A stretch of 64,000 nucleotides of DNA from Octopus bimaculoides (Eukaryota). This document shows, one piece after another, positions 39,928 to 53,927 of this stretch. The stretch lies in NCBI RefSeq assembly GCF_001194135.2, contig NC_068992.1, forward strand, positions 5,356,681 through 5,420,680, given 5' to 3'. The notes under the pieces were generated by a model. That model made no database searches, had not been told where the DNA came from, and saw only the letters and a program-made list of their open reading frames with translations. Both the position numbers and the translations under genes were made by a program. Within the stretch, counting starts at the first letter, position 1. Each line of letters starts with the position of its first letter.

Positions 39928-42127
39928 TGCCTCTATACATTACAGCAGACACTCAACTGCATTTGCTGAGGCGTAATGGTAACCATGTAGCACTGTCTGC
40001 GGTTGATAGGATTAAATGTATGTAGACGTGCTTTTATGTATTTATATGACTGAAATTGCTTGTGCTTATGTATGTAAGTGTGTTTGTGTGTACCTGTTTG
40101 AGAGAAGTTGTATTTTCAATCAGCAACTGAAATACAGAAGAAAATCATAAAAGTCAAAATGTGCTAAATTAAAGACGACAACATATACATTTCTGACTCT
40201 ATATATAACCCAATATAGAATAACGGAGTTTCATGAACAATTCGCTTCATGCTATTTAATTGAAATCATTCACCAGAGCCAAGTCCACAAAACTTTTGGA
40301 ATACTTTTAGAATTCTTGTTTTCAATAGCTATTCTCTTAACACTGCTGATTCTGCCAGCTTAGATGTGGAGGAAGACGTATTTCAGATAGTTGTCGTAAG
40401 CAAACATTGTATTTATATATATTGGCACTGTATCCAAGAATCTTCATTAATGCAGGCTTATAGCAGTAATTGGCACCACACACATTATTTCCTATCTGAC
40501 ACCATTTAAAATAATTGAATTATATATGTGCGTGTATATGTGAACATATGTATGTATGTATGCATGTATGTATGTATGTATGTATGTATGTATGTATGTA
40601 TGTATCTATATATATATATATATATATATACTGACAGAGATACCCAGCTTTTCTCGGCATGAAACTGGCATAGTTTGTATNNNNNNNNNNNNNNNNNNNN
40701 NNNNNNNNNNNNNNNNNNNNNNNNNNNNNNNNNNNNNNNNNNNNNNNNNNNNNNNNNNNNNNNNNNNNNNNNNNNNNNNNNNNNNNNNNNNNNNNNNNNN
40801 NNNNNNNNNNNNNNNNNNNNNNNNNNNNNNNNNNNNNNNNNNNNNNNNNNNNNNNNNNNNNNNNNNNNNNNNNNNNNNNNNNNNNNNNNNNNNNNNNNNN
40901 NNNNNNNNNNNNNNNNNNNNNNNTATATATATATATATTAACGTTATGTTGGAACAGTTGGTCAACACATTTGTAAATTTTGAAGCTTTGCAGAAACGAT
41001 AATTTGAGTGTAGCACGCCAATTTCGACAGAATTATAACTTTTATAAGAAGAGGGTGGATCATATCTGAAAGCAGCTCCATGAGTGGTGAAGGACAAATT
41101 TTTACGCGGTCTGTTTCTGCGAGCTATTGTATTGGACCTCTGTGTAATCTGCCGTGTCTATCTTTTCTTTGGAAGTTCGAAACTGACGGCATAAAGGATG
41201 GGTTGCAGAGTTTTTTGTAGGCGAATGATTTATTAATAGAAGAGGGAAACGAAATCAGAAGGGTAATTGGCGAGCGATTGCATATCGATAGCATGATGCT
41301 ATTTGATGCCCGAGTAAGATACAATATTGATTTGATTGGATAGTCAACAATGATGTTTTACTATAGCAATGAAATGATTAGTCATGCTTTACGTAAAAAA
41401 AGCACGAGATCCCGGGAAGTAAAATTAAGTGCTGAAAGAATCATACTTATGAGTAGAGATCTGGAAACGATATTTCGGATATTTTATTGTGAATTACTGA
41501 TTAAGATTAGTTCATTATTAGGAATCTGATTGACACAAGGCTTAATAAGAAGGGAAGAAAATGTCAAAAAGAAGAGAGGCGCACGTACCATATCTTGAAG
41601 GCAATATGCTTGAATAAAAGATTATAGACACAAGGGTGACTGCATCACCAAGATTGATTGTGTGGTTGTATGTTAGCTATGTTTGTAGACTTCGATTGAG
41701 TTAAAGGAGGGCGAATTACATCGCGAAGTGTGCTGGATTGTATGAGATAGCTCCATAAATAACGGGTGTAACTTTTCAGGCAAAGAGATAAAGCATGGTC
41801 AAAGTGAATGGACACACAAGCGATGTAATACAAATATAGGTTGTGTAACAGCGCATGGTAAGAACGTGGGGATCACTAAATTTAAGAAAATAGCAAAATA
41901 AGAGGACTTAAATATATATTTATAATGCGAAAAATGAATGGGAAAACATCCTTTAGAAAATAGTGCAAGCGAGACAAAACCGAAACAGTTATCAGAAAAC
42001 CTGAACTATACTACAATTGAGACATATATGATCAACTTTTCACAAAGGATCCCCAGAAAAGATATTCTTTTCCCCAAAGTGCTGGATATCATCCCTGCTA
42101 ATTAAATTTGCATGTAATGGCTTTTGT

Positions 42128-42132
<5 letters not shown>

Positions 42133-42186
<54 letters not shown>

Positions 42187-42235
42187 GATAATAATAATAA
42201 TCTCAACAACATTGACAACAACAATAACAAGAAAT
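42133..42235. repeat. (AAT)n grading into (AAC)n
   Basis: Directly visible. Confidence 0.95.
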
Positions 42236-44779
42236 ATTAATAAAAAAATAATTGTACACCTTTGTAAAATTTGAATTTAAGTTTGAAGTTTCATTGTGAT
42301 TGATGTTTTCGCTGGTAATTATTCTTCAAATTGATTTTAAAACTAAACCAATTTTCGCCTGCTTTCATTTCTTTCAAGTCGACTTTGCTCTTCCACAATG
42401 CAGAAATCACGGCTAAGACTTATATCTTCCAATAGTTTTAAGTAATTTCCCACTTCATTAATTAAAGCTAATGGAAATTGTCTGTAATTATTGCATATCA
42501 TTATGTTTTTAAGAAACAAACTACGCAAATGAATCGATTCTGTAACTTAACACGTTTGACATATTTTTTAATTAATGAACAATTAGATATTCATCTCATG
42601 CAAAAGTTTTACATGTTTAATAAAACTCTCAGTCACCGCTACAACGTAATACTTTTTTAACACGGTTCTCCTTAACGCCGTGTATTCAAATGTTTCGCTG
42701 TTTTAATAATTTTATAGCGTTTCATAAATTTGCATTTAGAAAAAAATCTTTAAAATTTCTATTTTTACTTAGTGTAATTGTTTTTAATCTTCAGCTTCAC
42801 TTAAATGAGAAACTGTTCATTCGTGATGTATACATATTTGCTCATTGCTTCCATTAAATGGGGAATCGACTAAGCGTAGCATTGATAAAGGACCTTGCTT
42901 ATACAACTTTTCTTCCATCAGCTGTAAAATTGTTGAACACCCTTTTAGTGTGTAATCATTTTAATGCACAATATACTTTTCATATGGATTTGTTCCTTTC
43001 ATTTAATGGAGTAATATATTTATCTACATGAATAGATAATAATTATATTCTCTGTGTATATAAATATGTAACTATCTATCTGTCTATACTTGTATACATG
43101 CATATCGACACTAACACACAACCACACACACATATATGAATATATATGTAGTGTCTGTGTGTGTGCGAGCATATTCTCTATAATTTTCTAACTAAATGGT
43201 GAAAATTAGTGCTACAATCTAAATATTATACAGCTAGGTATACAGGAATCTTTCTATGTAATTATGTGTGGGGGTATGGGGGCATAATCATCGCATGACA
43301 TGAAACATTTAGTAGCCATTTATATATGTAATACAACGGAAAACACATCACATACGTAAGTGAAAAAGCCCGGAACCGACGTGACTATCCGTTATATTTT
43401 CGACAATGATCTTAGGCCCTTTATACAGACAATCACTTGAGAACGTAGTATTTGAGTTTTGCATCTGGGTTTAACGTATATGCAATCATAATCATTCAAG
43501 TTTTTCATTAATTCCTGATATTTGGAAGAATTTCGTAAAATCTTACCATTTCACTTTTATGAGAAGTTAAAATTCATAGAAAATTTGGGTCTTTGCCCTC
43601 CTAAAATAAATGATAGCAACAACAACTTGCCGAATTCTTTTTTCTATTTTTTCAGTATATCAGTATATCTGCTGCTTCATTGTGCTGATATTACGGTCAC
43701 AACGATTGTTTGCAGAGATAAATTGCCTATATTATGTGACCTCACGAATTAACTTTTGGTAATTTTCAGTAGATTTGAGTGCTGATAATACATTTATGTT
43801 TCCCAAGTTACTAGTTTTTTTCCCCATTTACTCGTTTTCATTAACAGAAATGTCATAGCAATGTCTAAATACATCATAGGAATGTGTAAATAACTTATAC
43901 CTAATTAATTCTAATTACAGTTATTGCATTTACATATTTACTGATTTGCTGCATTCCATGGAGCAAATGCCATAAATCTAGAGGTAAGGATAACTATAGA
44001 ATAAATGATTATTTCTTTAATTAAAGATATATTCCTTTATTTCCTTTCCTAAATAGTTGCCATTTTTTCATTACTATGTATATACATGCCTATAGATATC
44101 AGCAATAGTGCGAAAGATATGAAGTGAATAATGTGTTGTTTATACAATTTATTTAGAGGAATCGTTTTTTCCTTCACAGAATATTTCGTATATTCACATT
44201 TGTCAAATTACTGTGGCGTATTTGAACTGTCAAATCGAAGTGCCATAAATAAGTTCTTTACAAGAAATGAAGATACAATTGAAATAAGAACCAGAAGATG
44301 CGTAAAATAAGAGAGGTTAATTACATAAATACGTTTTAAATAACGTTAAAACCACAAATACAATTTATATGACTTCGGTGACAAATAGCAAACCGGTAAA
44401 TCCCTTTATACAAAACAATATATGTATATTTGCGTGCGTATTGTTATTATTTGATTGTAAATATAGCTATAAACAAAGAGAAACTAATTAATCGGTATAC
44501 AATTAATGGTATTGATATCATTAATCAAAATCGCTAATTGGTTACGTATTACATCACAAAATAAGTCTCAATATCTCATTGGATTATTCAATTTTCAACA
44601 CGCACATGGACTCATATATCTTGCTATCTAAATAGCTACTTAGCTATCTATCTATTTATCAGTGTTTCTAAAATCCCAGATTAACCCACCATGAGACAGC
44701 TACACGCGAATATATAGGTGTATATGTGTGTCTGTGTATGTGTGTGTGCGCGTGTGTCTGTATGTAATATATATATACA

Positions 44780-44845
<66 letters not shown>

Positions 44846-45025
44846 TACATAAATAAATGTGTGAGCGGGCGCGCTAACACGTATTCTGCGTTAATTTTAG
44901 AGACAGTGACGAGTAAATATTCTTTAAATAATAATTGTTAGCTTTAACCGTTCACTGTTTATTGTCTGGAGGACATAGTTTGATATTGGGGCATCTGAAC
45001 CACAACTAGATGAAAATGTGTAATA

Positions 45026-45095
45026 GAACTGGTGGGATTCGAACCTACACCACTCACTTTCGCTATAAGTGTGCTGACCCATTATACCTACATAC
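45026..45095 (-). mobile_element. tRNA-derived head (pseudo-tRNA/SINE-like)
   Basis: The minus strand has TAGGTATAATGG (A-box-like) and a perfect B box GGTTCGAATCC (45035-45045). I found no convincing cloverleaf. Confidence 0.55.
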
Positions 45096-45259
45096 TCACA
45101 GTTTATTTTTTCTGTTATATTTTAGAATTATGTAAACACACAAACATGTGACCATTCTGGGCTAAATTGAGAAACGGTGACGAGTGAAAATTCTGCAACT
45201 AATAATTATATACTTTAAACGTTTAATTCTTTAAACGTCTGTTAGCTGTAGAAAATAAT

Positions 45260-46272
45260 GTTTTCGTTGTTGATTAATGAGCGCAGCTTTTGATAGACAT
45301 ACACGCCTGCAGATAATGCAGACAGAACATTCCTCATTCACTAAAATGGGGGAGTCCTTTCGAACATTACGTTGAAGTTCAGCGTGAAAAATGCATGTTT
45401 TCTTCAGAAACTATCCTGTACTTCGTTTAGTTGTTTCCTCCATTGCTGGTGAGGATAAGCATTGCTTCTCGAATCGAGCTTCCACGACGACTCACATGAC
45501 TTCAAGCAGGCCTTTAAACAATCATCAGGCCGTAGTGTTCGTTTCTCGGGTGTTAGAGTGGGGAAATTCCCATTAGAATAGGGGGCTGTTGGGGGATTTC
45601 TATAAGGAAATTCATCCTACAGCCAGTGTTTAGGGATCTTCTGAATCGGTGCTTAAGATTTATTGGCTAAATGCTCTGGATTTCACCTCCCCTCAGGATC
45701 TCTGTCTGGAATCCCAGAGGATCAGCCAACATTCAAAATGTGTCTCGGACTTCTTTGTAGGATGATTTCAAGGGCCTCTAGGACGCCTGGAAAGGGTTCA
45801 TGTATCGCATGAATAATAAAGGAGCGAGGTCAGCACACACTCCTCTCAGAACACAACAACTTTTGTTTGCTTTGTGATGTCAAATGGGAACTACATGTTA
45901 TCAGATACGAGACAAAAGAGCCGTGAGGTAATCAGTTACCTTCTGAAACCTTAAAAATATTTTACTAACCATGATGTAATAACTGCTGATTGTGTTGACT
46001 AAGGAGACAAACTGATCTTCTACTTACATTTCTATCACTTTAACTGAGATCGGCGGATTCCCACATAGGTCACCTGGTGCAGACCTGAGTATTACAATAG
46101 TTCTCACTAGGCTAATACTAAATCAAAAAGCTTTACAAGATGCAGAAATACGACTTGTGTCATGTTGCATATTTTCATCTCTATGAAATGAGGTCCCCAA
46201 CATGTTCTGTCTGCATTATCTGCAGGCGTGTATGTCTATCAAAAGCTGCGCTCATTAATCAACAACGAAAAC
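45260..46272. repeat. Perfect 71-bp inverted repeat (45260-45330 / 46202-46272) enclosing about 870 bp
   Basis: GTTTTCGTTGTTGATTAATGAGCGCAGCTTTTGATAGACATACACGCCTGCAGATAATGCAGACAGAACAT matches its reverse complement at 71/71 positions. Confidence 0.95.
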
Positions 46273-48166
46273 GTTCTAATCGGTAAACAGGTACAAGTTG
46301 AAGAGACAACCAGAAGTTCGGTAGCTCACTATACAAAGCAAAGCCATGAGTGAGAGTAGCAGCAAAATAAAAGAAACAGACAACTGGGGCAAAGATGTCG
46401 CCTTACGCCACACCATTTTCTTCACAGTTTCGTCATGGTGGTACAGGAATTGGCCCATACATCCATCTCAGTTTTAATATATTAAAATATGGAAACTGAC
46501 GTTAAGACGTCTATGCGTATTCGTCATAGTGGATATCTGGACATCAATTTATATAATATAATATAATATATGATATCATATAATATAAGGTATTCTATTT
46601 GAAAACATTGATATATGCTTTCGGACGTATTGTAATTTCACTCGAAAATTTGATGAATTACCTACAGGCGTCATTTTAGATAATCTGAAAGACATTGAAA
46701 AAAATGGGAAAATTGTAATTTATGCATCAACAAATACTGAAAACTATTTCTGTAAATCAAAATAATGAGCTGCTGAAAGATTCTGCTGTAAATTAATTCT
46801 GTAAAATTCAAATATCTAATACATATCGACAAATTAGGAATAATTTCGTTAATATAAGTGCAGAAAATAGTTTCCGTTTCTCAATGTAAGATACGTTAGC
46901 TTTGTGTAAAAGAAAACGCTGATAAAGAATGTTGGTATTCCATAAGAAAATATGTTCATGGTAATGACGTAAGAATTTCGAAAATTATATGCCATTAACA
47001 AAATAACAAAAACGCTCATGTACAGATATTTATTAAATCTTGCAATAATAATATCAAGCTTTTCATCAGACTAAACTTTTAAATTCTTCACAATTACATT
47101 AGATAAATTGTTATTGTATTTTTGGAGACAAATCATGACAAGTATGTCTCAGATTAAATTTTGAAGAAAGTAGGATAATTGGTAAGAAGCACCCTGTGAT
47201 TAATTTATTCTTCTACTCACAGACATTACTTCACAAATACGTATCTTACATTGAGAAACGGAAACTGAAGATAAGGCATCTTCGCTTGTCCTGGATATTG
47301 GCACTTGAGACATCAACCCAATTATGTTGATAGACAGTAGAATCTAAGTCAGACATATTTCTTTAGAGATTTTATTCTCATCATGTGACTCATTAACAAA
47401 TACATTTTATACATTCGTATTTCGTAAGTTTGAAATAAGTGAAATTAATCGAAATTAATACCATGAATTTACAATTGAAACTGCTTAACTGATATAAAAT
47501 ATAACATTAGGCATTATAAATATCGCCGTATACACGAAGCATAACATGAAGACATATGATCAGAATATTATTAATCGATGTGACTTTAGTTATTAGATGT
47601 CATGCTTTGCAATCACAAAATTTTCGTGTGTGTCATCATGCACAAGAGATTGCTTTAATTTATCGAGTGAATACAATGTTTGGGTGGACAGAATATTTTC
47701 AAGCTACAGTCTCAAACACACAACCATGCAAAACATGTATAATTCTTGGGCCTATGAAATTCTCAGCTGTATATATTCTATTTCAATGCACACGCAATGC
47801 CTTTGAATGAACAATTTGCCCTCACCCTTATTACCGATTGATAAACATTTATATTTTTAATAAATGCCGTCCAAAACGAAACCGTAGATTTCATATATTT
47901 GGGTTTTTTTATGATTGATTGTATATAAGCGAAAGTATATCACACAGTGACTAATCATTGTGAAGTTTCCAAAAGAAACTATTTATATAGGAATGCACTT
48001 AGTGTTTGCCCGATCCATACAATTTGTCCTCATACTTGAATACTCCTAATTTCCTTGAAACAATGACTCTGTGTGTAACCTCAACCAACTTATAAAACGT
48101 TAATGAGATCTTTTAACTGGAGTTTGTCTTCTGTCACACTTTTGTCAATTGATTTAATCAATTAAC

Positions 48167-48571
48167 AACCTGAGAATTTTTGGTAAAATTCTCTACTACT
48201 TTTGGAAATATGCAACGAATGAAAACAATTAATGGAAAAAGTACTGAAGGGACGATGCATGCGCTGCGCGCACACAAGGATAACATAGATTAATTTTCAT
48301 AAATATTTTTTCAGAAGAATTCATATTTCAATATAATAGCATCAAGAGTTATTCCCCCTTCTTATCGTTTATGCAAATGTAACAAATAACGAGAAGCATT
48401 TTGATTCACAATTCCACCAAAATTTAATGAGTTTGAGCCCCACGAACTCATTAAATTTCTGCCGAGTTTGATGAAAATTCGTTCAGCCATTTTCCAGTAT
48501 TTTTGCTGCTTCACAGACAAACAGACAAAGACAAGCGACTAAAATACCCTGCTTTTGCTTACGCGCAGGTT
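48167..48571 (-). mobile_element. Non-autonomous Helentron-type (HINE/DINE-1-like) element
   Basis: The ends are AACCTG...CAGGTT. One end carries an inverted pair CCTGC/GCAGG (48548-48552/48565-48569) followed by a GTCTGTTTGTCTGT microsatellite. The other end has a 9-bp hairpin GAGAATTTT-TGGT-AAAATTCTC (48172-48193). This layout matches described HINEs. Confidence 0.6.
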
Positions 48572-49236
48572 AATGAAATATAATTGCGAGAGGAAGTTAC
48601 TGATTATACTGGTAAATATGAAACATATCCTATATTTCAAACGCAGCTTTAGTGATTTACATAATTTAGTAACTTGCAACTCTATTGTAACGTCCAATAC
48701 CCAAATATTCTATGATAGTGTTCAAAATGGATGGAAATAATACTGCTAGAAACCCTTTTTTATGCTAAGTCAACTGGCGAAATTTCCTCTAAACCAATAG
48801 TAAAATCTAAGAAAAATCTTTCCCTGTAAATTTTATTAATATCAAAGCCATTGTGTTACATGATTTGTATTCCGAAATTTCACATTTACTAAAACAATAT
48901 TCGTTCTGTTAGGCAAAATAATATGTGTTGTCTGCAATAGTTTAGATTGTTCTAATAAATTTATACCGAATTTAGCATGGATTTGTATTTTTCTAGTGCA
49001 ATACCAGCGTGCAATACCAACACAGTGTTATAATACCATAATGCAGACTACATCAATAGGAGATTTTTGCCTGACATACAAGGTAATTAGCATTCTCGTC
49101 CATAAACACGGTTTTAGACAGATACATACAGAAAGATGAAGACACGTCCCCACGTGCACTCATAAAAGCACAAAGACACACAGGTAAGCGCAGACATTGA
49201 CATTTGCATGTGCTTATAATGCTTGTAATCATGCAC

Positions 49237-49303
<67 letters not shown>

Positions 49304-50533
49304 TGTGTGTGCATTTATATGTGTATATACATATATATATANNNNNNNNNNNNNNNNNNNNNNNNNNNNNNNNNNNNNNNNNNNNNNNNNNNNNNNNNNN
49401 NNNNNNNNNNNNNNNNNNNNNNNNNNNNNNNNNNNNNNNNNNNNNNNNNNNNNNNNNNNNNNNNNNNNNNNNNNNNNNNNNNNNNNNNNNNNNNNNNNNN
49501 NNNNNNNNNNNNNNNNNNNNNNNNNNNNNNNNNNNNNNNNNNNNNNNNNNNNNNNNNNNNNNNNNNNNNNNNNNNNNNNNNNNATATATATATATATATA
49601 TATACATGTGTCCGTGAGTGTGTATGTGTGTCTATACATATACACACAAGCTTGTGCGCACGTCTGTGTATGTGTGTTTGCCTGTGTGGATATATATTTC
49701 TTTATATGATTGATTTTTGTAAATGAAATTAATATACTCGATAAACGTTCCGCTATATCTCATTCCTTTTATTCTCCGTTATTCAGTATTTAGTCACTGA
49801 GAGATTCGACCAGAAATTATGATAGAAATAGATTATTACTGAGTATGATATCTCGTTATAAAATTACAATGGGTTTGTTGTAATCGTAAAATCTCCTTTT
49901 TGCCTACAGCCATGATCGCAAAATTAATGCGTAAGAATGAATAATTGCTCTATGAAAGTTGAAACGGATAATACATTTATATGAACACAAAACCTGAAAT
50001 CTAATAATCTTGTAATTAAGATGATACCACGTAACATGGTCTATTATGTACGAGATAAACTCGCAGTTGTTTATCTATTGTAGCAAACTACAAGCCAGAG
50101 AAAAAGTATTTCCTTGAAAATCCTTCTACTAGCATATTGTACCAATTATTACACTTCAAATTGGATCTTATGTAAGCACAAGGCCAGTAACTTTGAGGAT
50201 ATTCCCAAACGAAAGATGACCCTGGCGTAGTTTGGGCACAGATCGTTCAGAAAAAAAGGAAAGTATATGAAAGCATTTTACCCCGCACTCTAATGTTTCT
50301 CGCGGCTAGGCAAATTACAATAAACTAGACTACCCGTGTCCCGTTGGGTCATCAGAGAACTCTGAGTTTTCTAGCAACAGAGTTTTGCTTCGTGTTTTTT
50401 TTTTGTTTTTTCTTTTCCGCGTTATTTCACGTGCTTTCAGTGAATGTTATACCGATACCACGCGTAAGCGGATCCTTTCCACGGAGAAGGAAAGATATAG
50501 CTGCTATTTCTTTAACGCCCTGCTACTACATAG

Positions 50534-50598
50534 CACGCTGTTCCGTTGATTGGATCAACTGGAACCCTCGTCGTCGTAACCGATGGAGTGCCACGATA
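50534..50598 (+). mobile_element. 3' tail fragment of the SINE family at 3931-4301
   Basis: GCTGTTCCGTTGATTGGATCAACTGGAACCCTCGTCGTCGTAACCGATGGAGTGCCAC matches the reverse complement of about 3940-4000. Confidence 0.8.
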
Positions 50599-52239
50599 AC
50601 TAGCATACCAGGTGAAGCATCAGTATTGTTGTTATCAATAGTGCTCAGAGGAAAAGTTAATTACGGTATAAACAGGTCTTATAGTAGGGATTATTATGAT
50701 GACGAGAGATTATCAGGACGATCAATCGCACTGCACGACAGGAATACGGTGAATAATATTATGATGACCAATTTCTTGCTTATAGAGATTTTGATAATGT
50801 TGATCAGTCGAAAGAGGACCATGATACAAACTCTGAGCACTGGCAAGATCACGATAATTTATAACATGACGATAAGGTCAATACGAACCATGCCGATAAG
50901 AAACACACGCACGCACGCACGCACGCGCACACACACACACGCACACACACATATACACACACATACACACACACATACACGCACGCTCAGGCAAACAATG
51001 AGAAATATTAGAATGAAGAAATGCAAAATATGAACGCTTTTATGTTGAATACCGTAGAATAAACGTTGTTGAGTTCGTTTGTTATTGTTGAAGGACACAC
51101 CATTTATTGACTTAACAGGATTCACGCCTACATCTTTTGGAAAATATTACAAATTTCTCTGAGACAACATATACATTATTGCTTTAAATGCTGAGTGTGT
51201 TTACACATGAGTTAAGTTACTTTTATTATATGGTTATGTATGTTTAATTCGCTTTCACGTGTATTTCTACGCGCGTGTTTGCGTGCCTGATCATGTATTT
51301 ACATGTGATACTTTAAGCGTTGTTGGGCAACTTTGTGTTTGGAAGATACGTTTACGAATTTCAAAATAAATATGTTAGAAACATCAAATGAGACTAAATC
51401 AATAAAAGCCTACAGACTAACACCGTCCATAATAGTTTACAAGATATATGAAATTAACAAATGTACATAGACGAGTGACTGTCAACAGAGAGAGACTCTC
51501 AACAGAGGCAAATGATTATGTTAAACTATTATGGGAATAATGAGGAATATGCACGTATTTTCAAAGCATATGACGAATAGAAAATGATAGCCTTCCATTG
51601 TTCAGTGAAATGACGACAACAGCCAAATACATGGCGTGCCCCGAAGCCAATTCCAAACTTGATATAAAGATATATTGGTCATTACATATGCGTATCTTCT
51701 CTACATTGAAATAAAAGTGTTATGTATCCCACTTGACGTGTTGACCTCTGATGTTTTACTCTTTTTTTAATTAAGTGCTTTTACTTTTGCACACGAAATA
51801 TTCAGTCATGTACTTGAAAGAAGCCTATAGGCTTCAAACTGTCAAATGCCATCTAATTTTTAATTGTTTTCTGTATTACTAGTTAATGAGTTTCGAAATA
51901 TTTGCGAAAGTGAACAGACCCTTCATGGATTAGATCGCTGATTGTTAATCTTCGGTTCATTATTAGTTGAATACTAAGCACAATTCGTAACAATCATTAG
52001 CATTTAAATAATGATTGATTTGCTTTCTTAATTACAGTTATGCATTGTGTTCGTATGAGTGTGTGCGCGTGTGTGCGTGCGCGCGCGTGTCCATGTTTGT
52101 GCGTGTGTGTGGGAGGGTGATGTGCTTATTTAGAGCAAATTGTAGTTAGTGCATTGCTGCTATCATTTTTACATCCCCTGGAGGGCTGTAAACCTACACA
52201 AAATCGATAGAAGTGGGATTTGAACTCCAGAGAGGGAGG

Positions 52240-52287
<48 letters not shown>

Positions 52288-53015
52288 AAATAAAATATTC
52301 CATTGGAGTTAGTCTGATGCTTTCTATTGCAAACATTATTTAACAGTAAACAAGTCAGTTAAAGAAGATATGTCTTCCAGCTATAGTTTTACAATTCCTA
52401 GCTGGCAAAGTGCAGATTTCTTGACAGGATTCAAATTGATCCCCCTAAGCTTCTAACTTGAACATGTCATGTAGCAGATGTATTAACAGAATATACTACA
52501 GCAGAGATAATCACATAAGCAATGGCGGTATCAACAAAAACAGCAAGAAGTGACGTCAGTAAATATTGGCATATGCAAAGAATATTGGGTCTAGGTAAGA
52601 TTATATGGATATGAAAAAGAAATCTAATTCCCACAGACAAAAACTGCATTGATCAATTACATTTATCTGCATTTTTACAAAATATTACACAATCGTAATT
52701 CTGTCATAACTTGCAACTTACTTTCCGTTACTATTTGCCTTAACAATAAGCATGTTATGCAGCCGTTCTTAAAAAGGTATAGTACTTTACAACCTCATAT
52801 ATATTGGAGTTGAATACAATGCTTGCAGGGAAATATTTTCAAGACACAATTGAGAATGTTTAACACTATTAACGTATTAAATAGCTTCAAACAATGAAAC
52901 AGTTATAATTCTTAGCTCTAGATACTGTTTACACGTTTAGCGCAAACCCGGAGCACATATTCTAGGAGATGATTCCAAATACTAAGGAAAATAGACGTCA
53001 ACAAAACCGCCGTCA

Positions 53016-53051
<36 letters not shown>

Positions 53052-53344
53052 NNNNNNNNNNNNNNNNNNNNNNNNNNNNNNNNNNNNNNNNNNNNNNNNN
53101 NNNNNNNNNNNNNNNNNNNNNNNNNNNNNNNNNNNNNNNNNNNNNNNNNNNNNNNNNNNNNNNNNNNNNNNNNNNNNNNNNNNNNNNNNNNNNNNNNNNN
53201 NNNNNNNNNNNNNNNNNNNNNNNNNNNNNNNNNNNNNNNNNNNNNNNNNNNNNNNNNNNNNNNNNNNNNNNNNNNNNNNNNNNNNNNNNNNNNNNNNNNN
53301 NNNNNNNNNNNNNNNNNNNNNNNNNNNNNNNNNNNNNNNNNNNN

Positions 53345-53397
<53 letters not shown>

Positions 53398-53927
53398 TCT
53401 TCCTCTGTGTGCACATGTATGTGCGTGCTTGTGTGTGCTTGTGATTATGAAAATGTGTGACTTTGTATTTGTGTATGTGTTTGTGTGTAAATTATAAAAG
53501 TATGAAAATACGAATAAATTGCAGTATTTCTACAATTAGCATTTAGAATTTCGCGAAGATCTTTTTTTGCAAGCAATTTCTAGTCGTTCATATAGAACAC
53601 ATGATTAACTGCTTCTCCGTACCATACACCCTGTATTCATAATTTTTCTTCAAATGTTTACTTTGCGAAAACAGTGTTAATCAAAACAGCAACGGAGATA
53701 ATAAATCTGCTTGAAACATTCCTCAATTAAAACTGAGTGGTCCAGCATTTATGTTTATAGTGGTAGTGTTAAGATTTAATCTGCCGTTTTCCTGAACTTT
53801 GTTGCGTGAGATACAACATGTTTGATTGCTGATGAAATTGTGAATATTTCCAGCCAGTCAGTGATTCAGCTGGAAGGAAGCCTATGAGTGTCATCATAGC
53901 ATACACGAAATAATTATAGAGGAAATG

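Noticed and set aside
39647-39976. 109-aa ORF with Cys/His-rich 20-aa repeats (HAVRLNPGSCGCE...), resembling a metal-binding protein
   Set aside because: It is the antisense reading of the triplicated SINE head. The 60-bp unit is a multiple of 3, so the peptide repeats automatically.
46086-46110. TGAGTATTACA resembling the miR-12 5' end
   Set aside because: Only 11 nt match, and there is no pre-miRNA-length hairpin.
50344-51033. Longest gap-free ORF (229 aa)
   Set aside because: It is a patchwork of a T-run, SINE tail, decayed (GAT)n and (CA)n, with no domain-like content.
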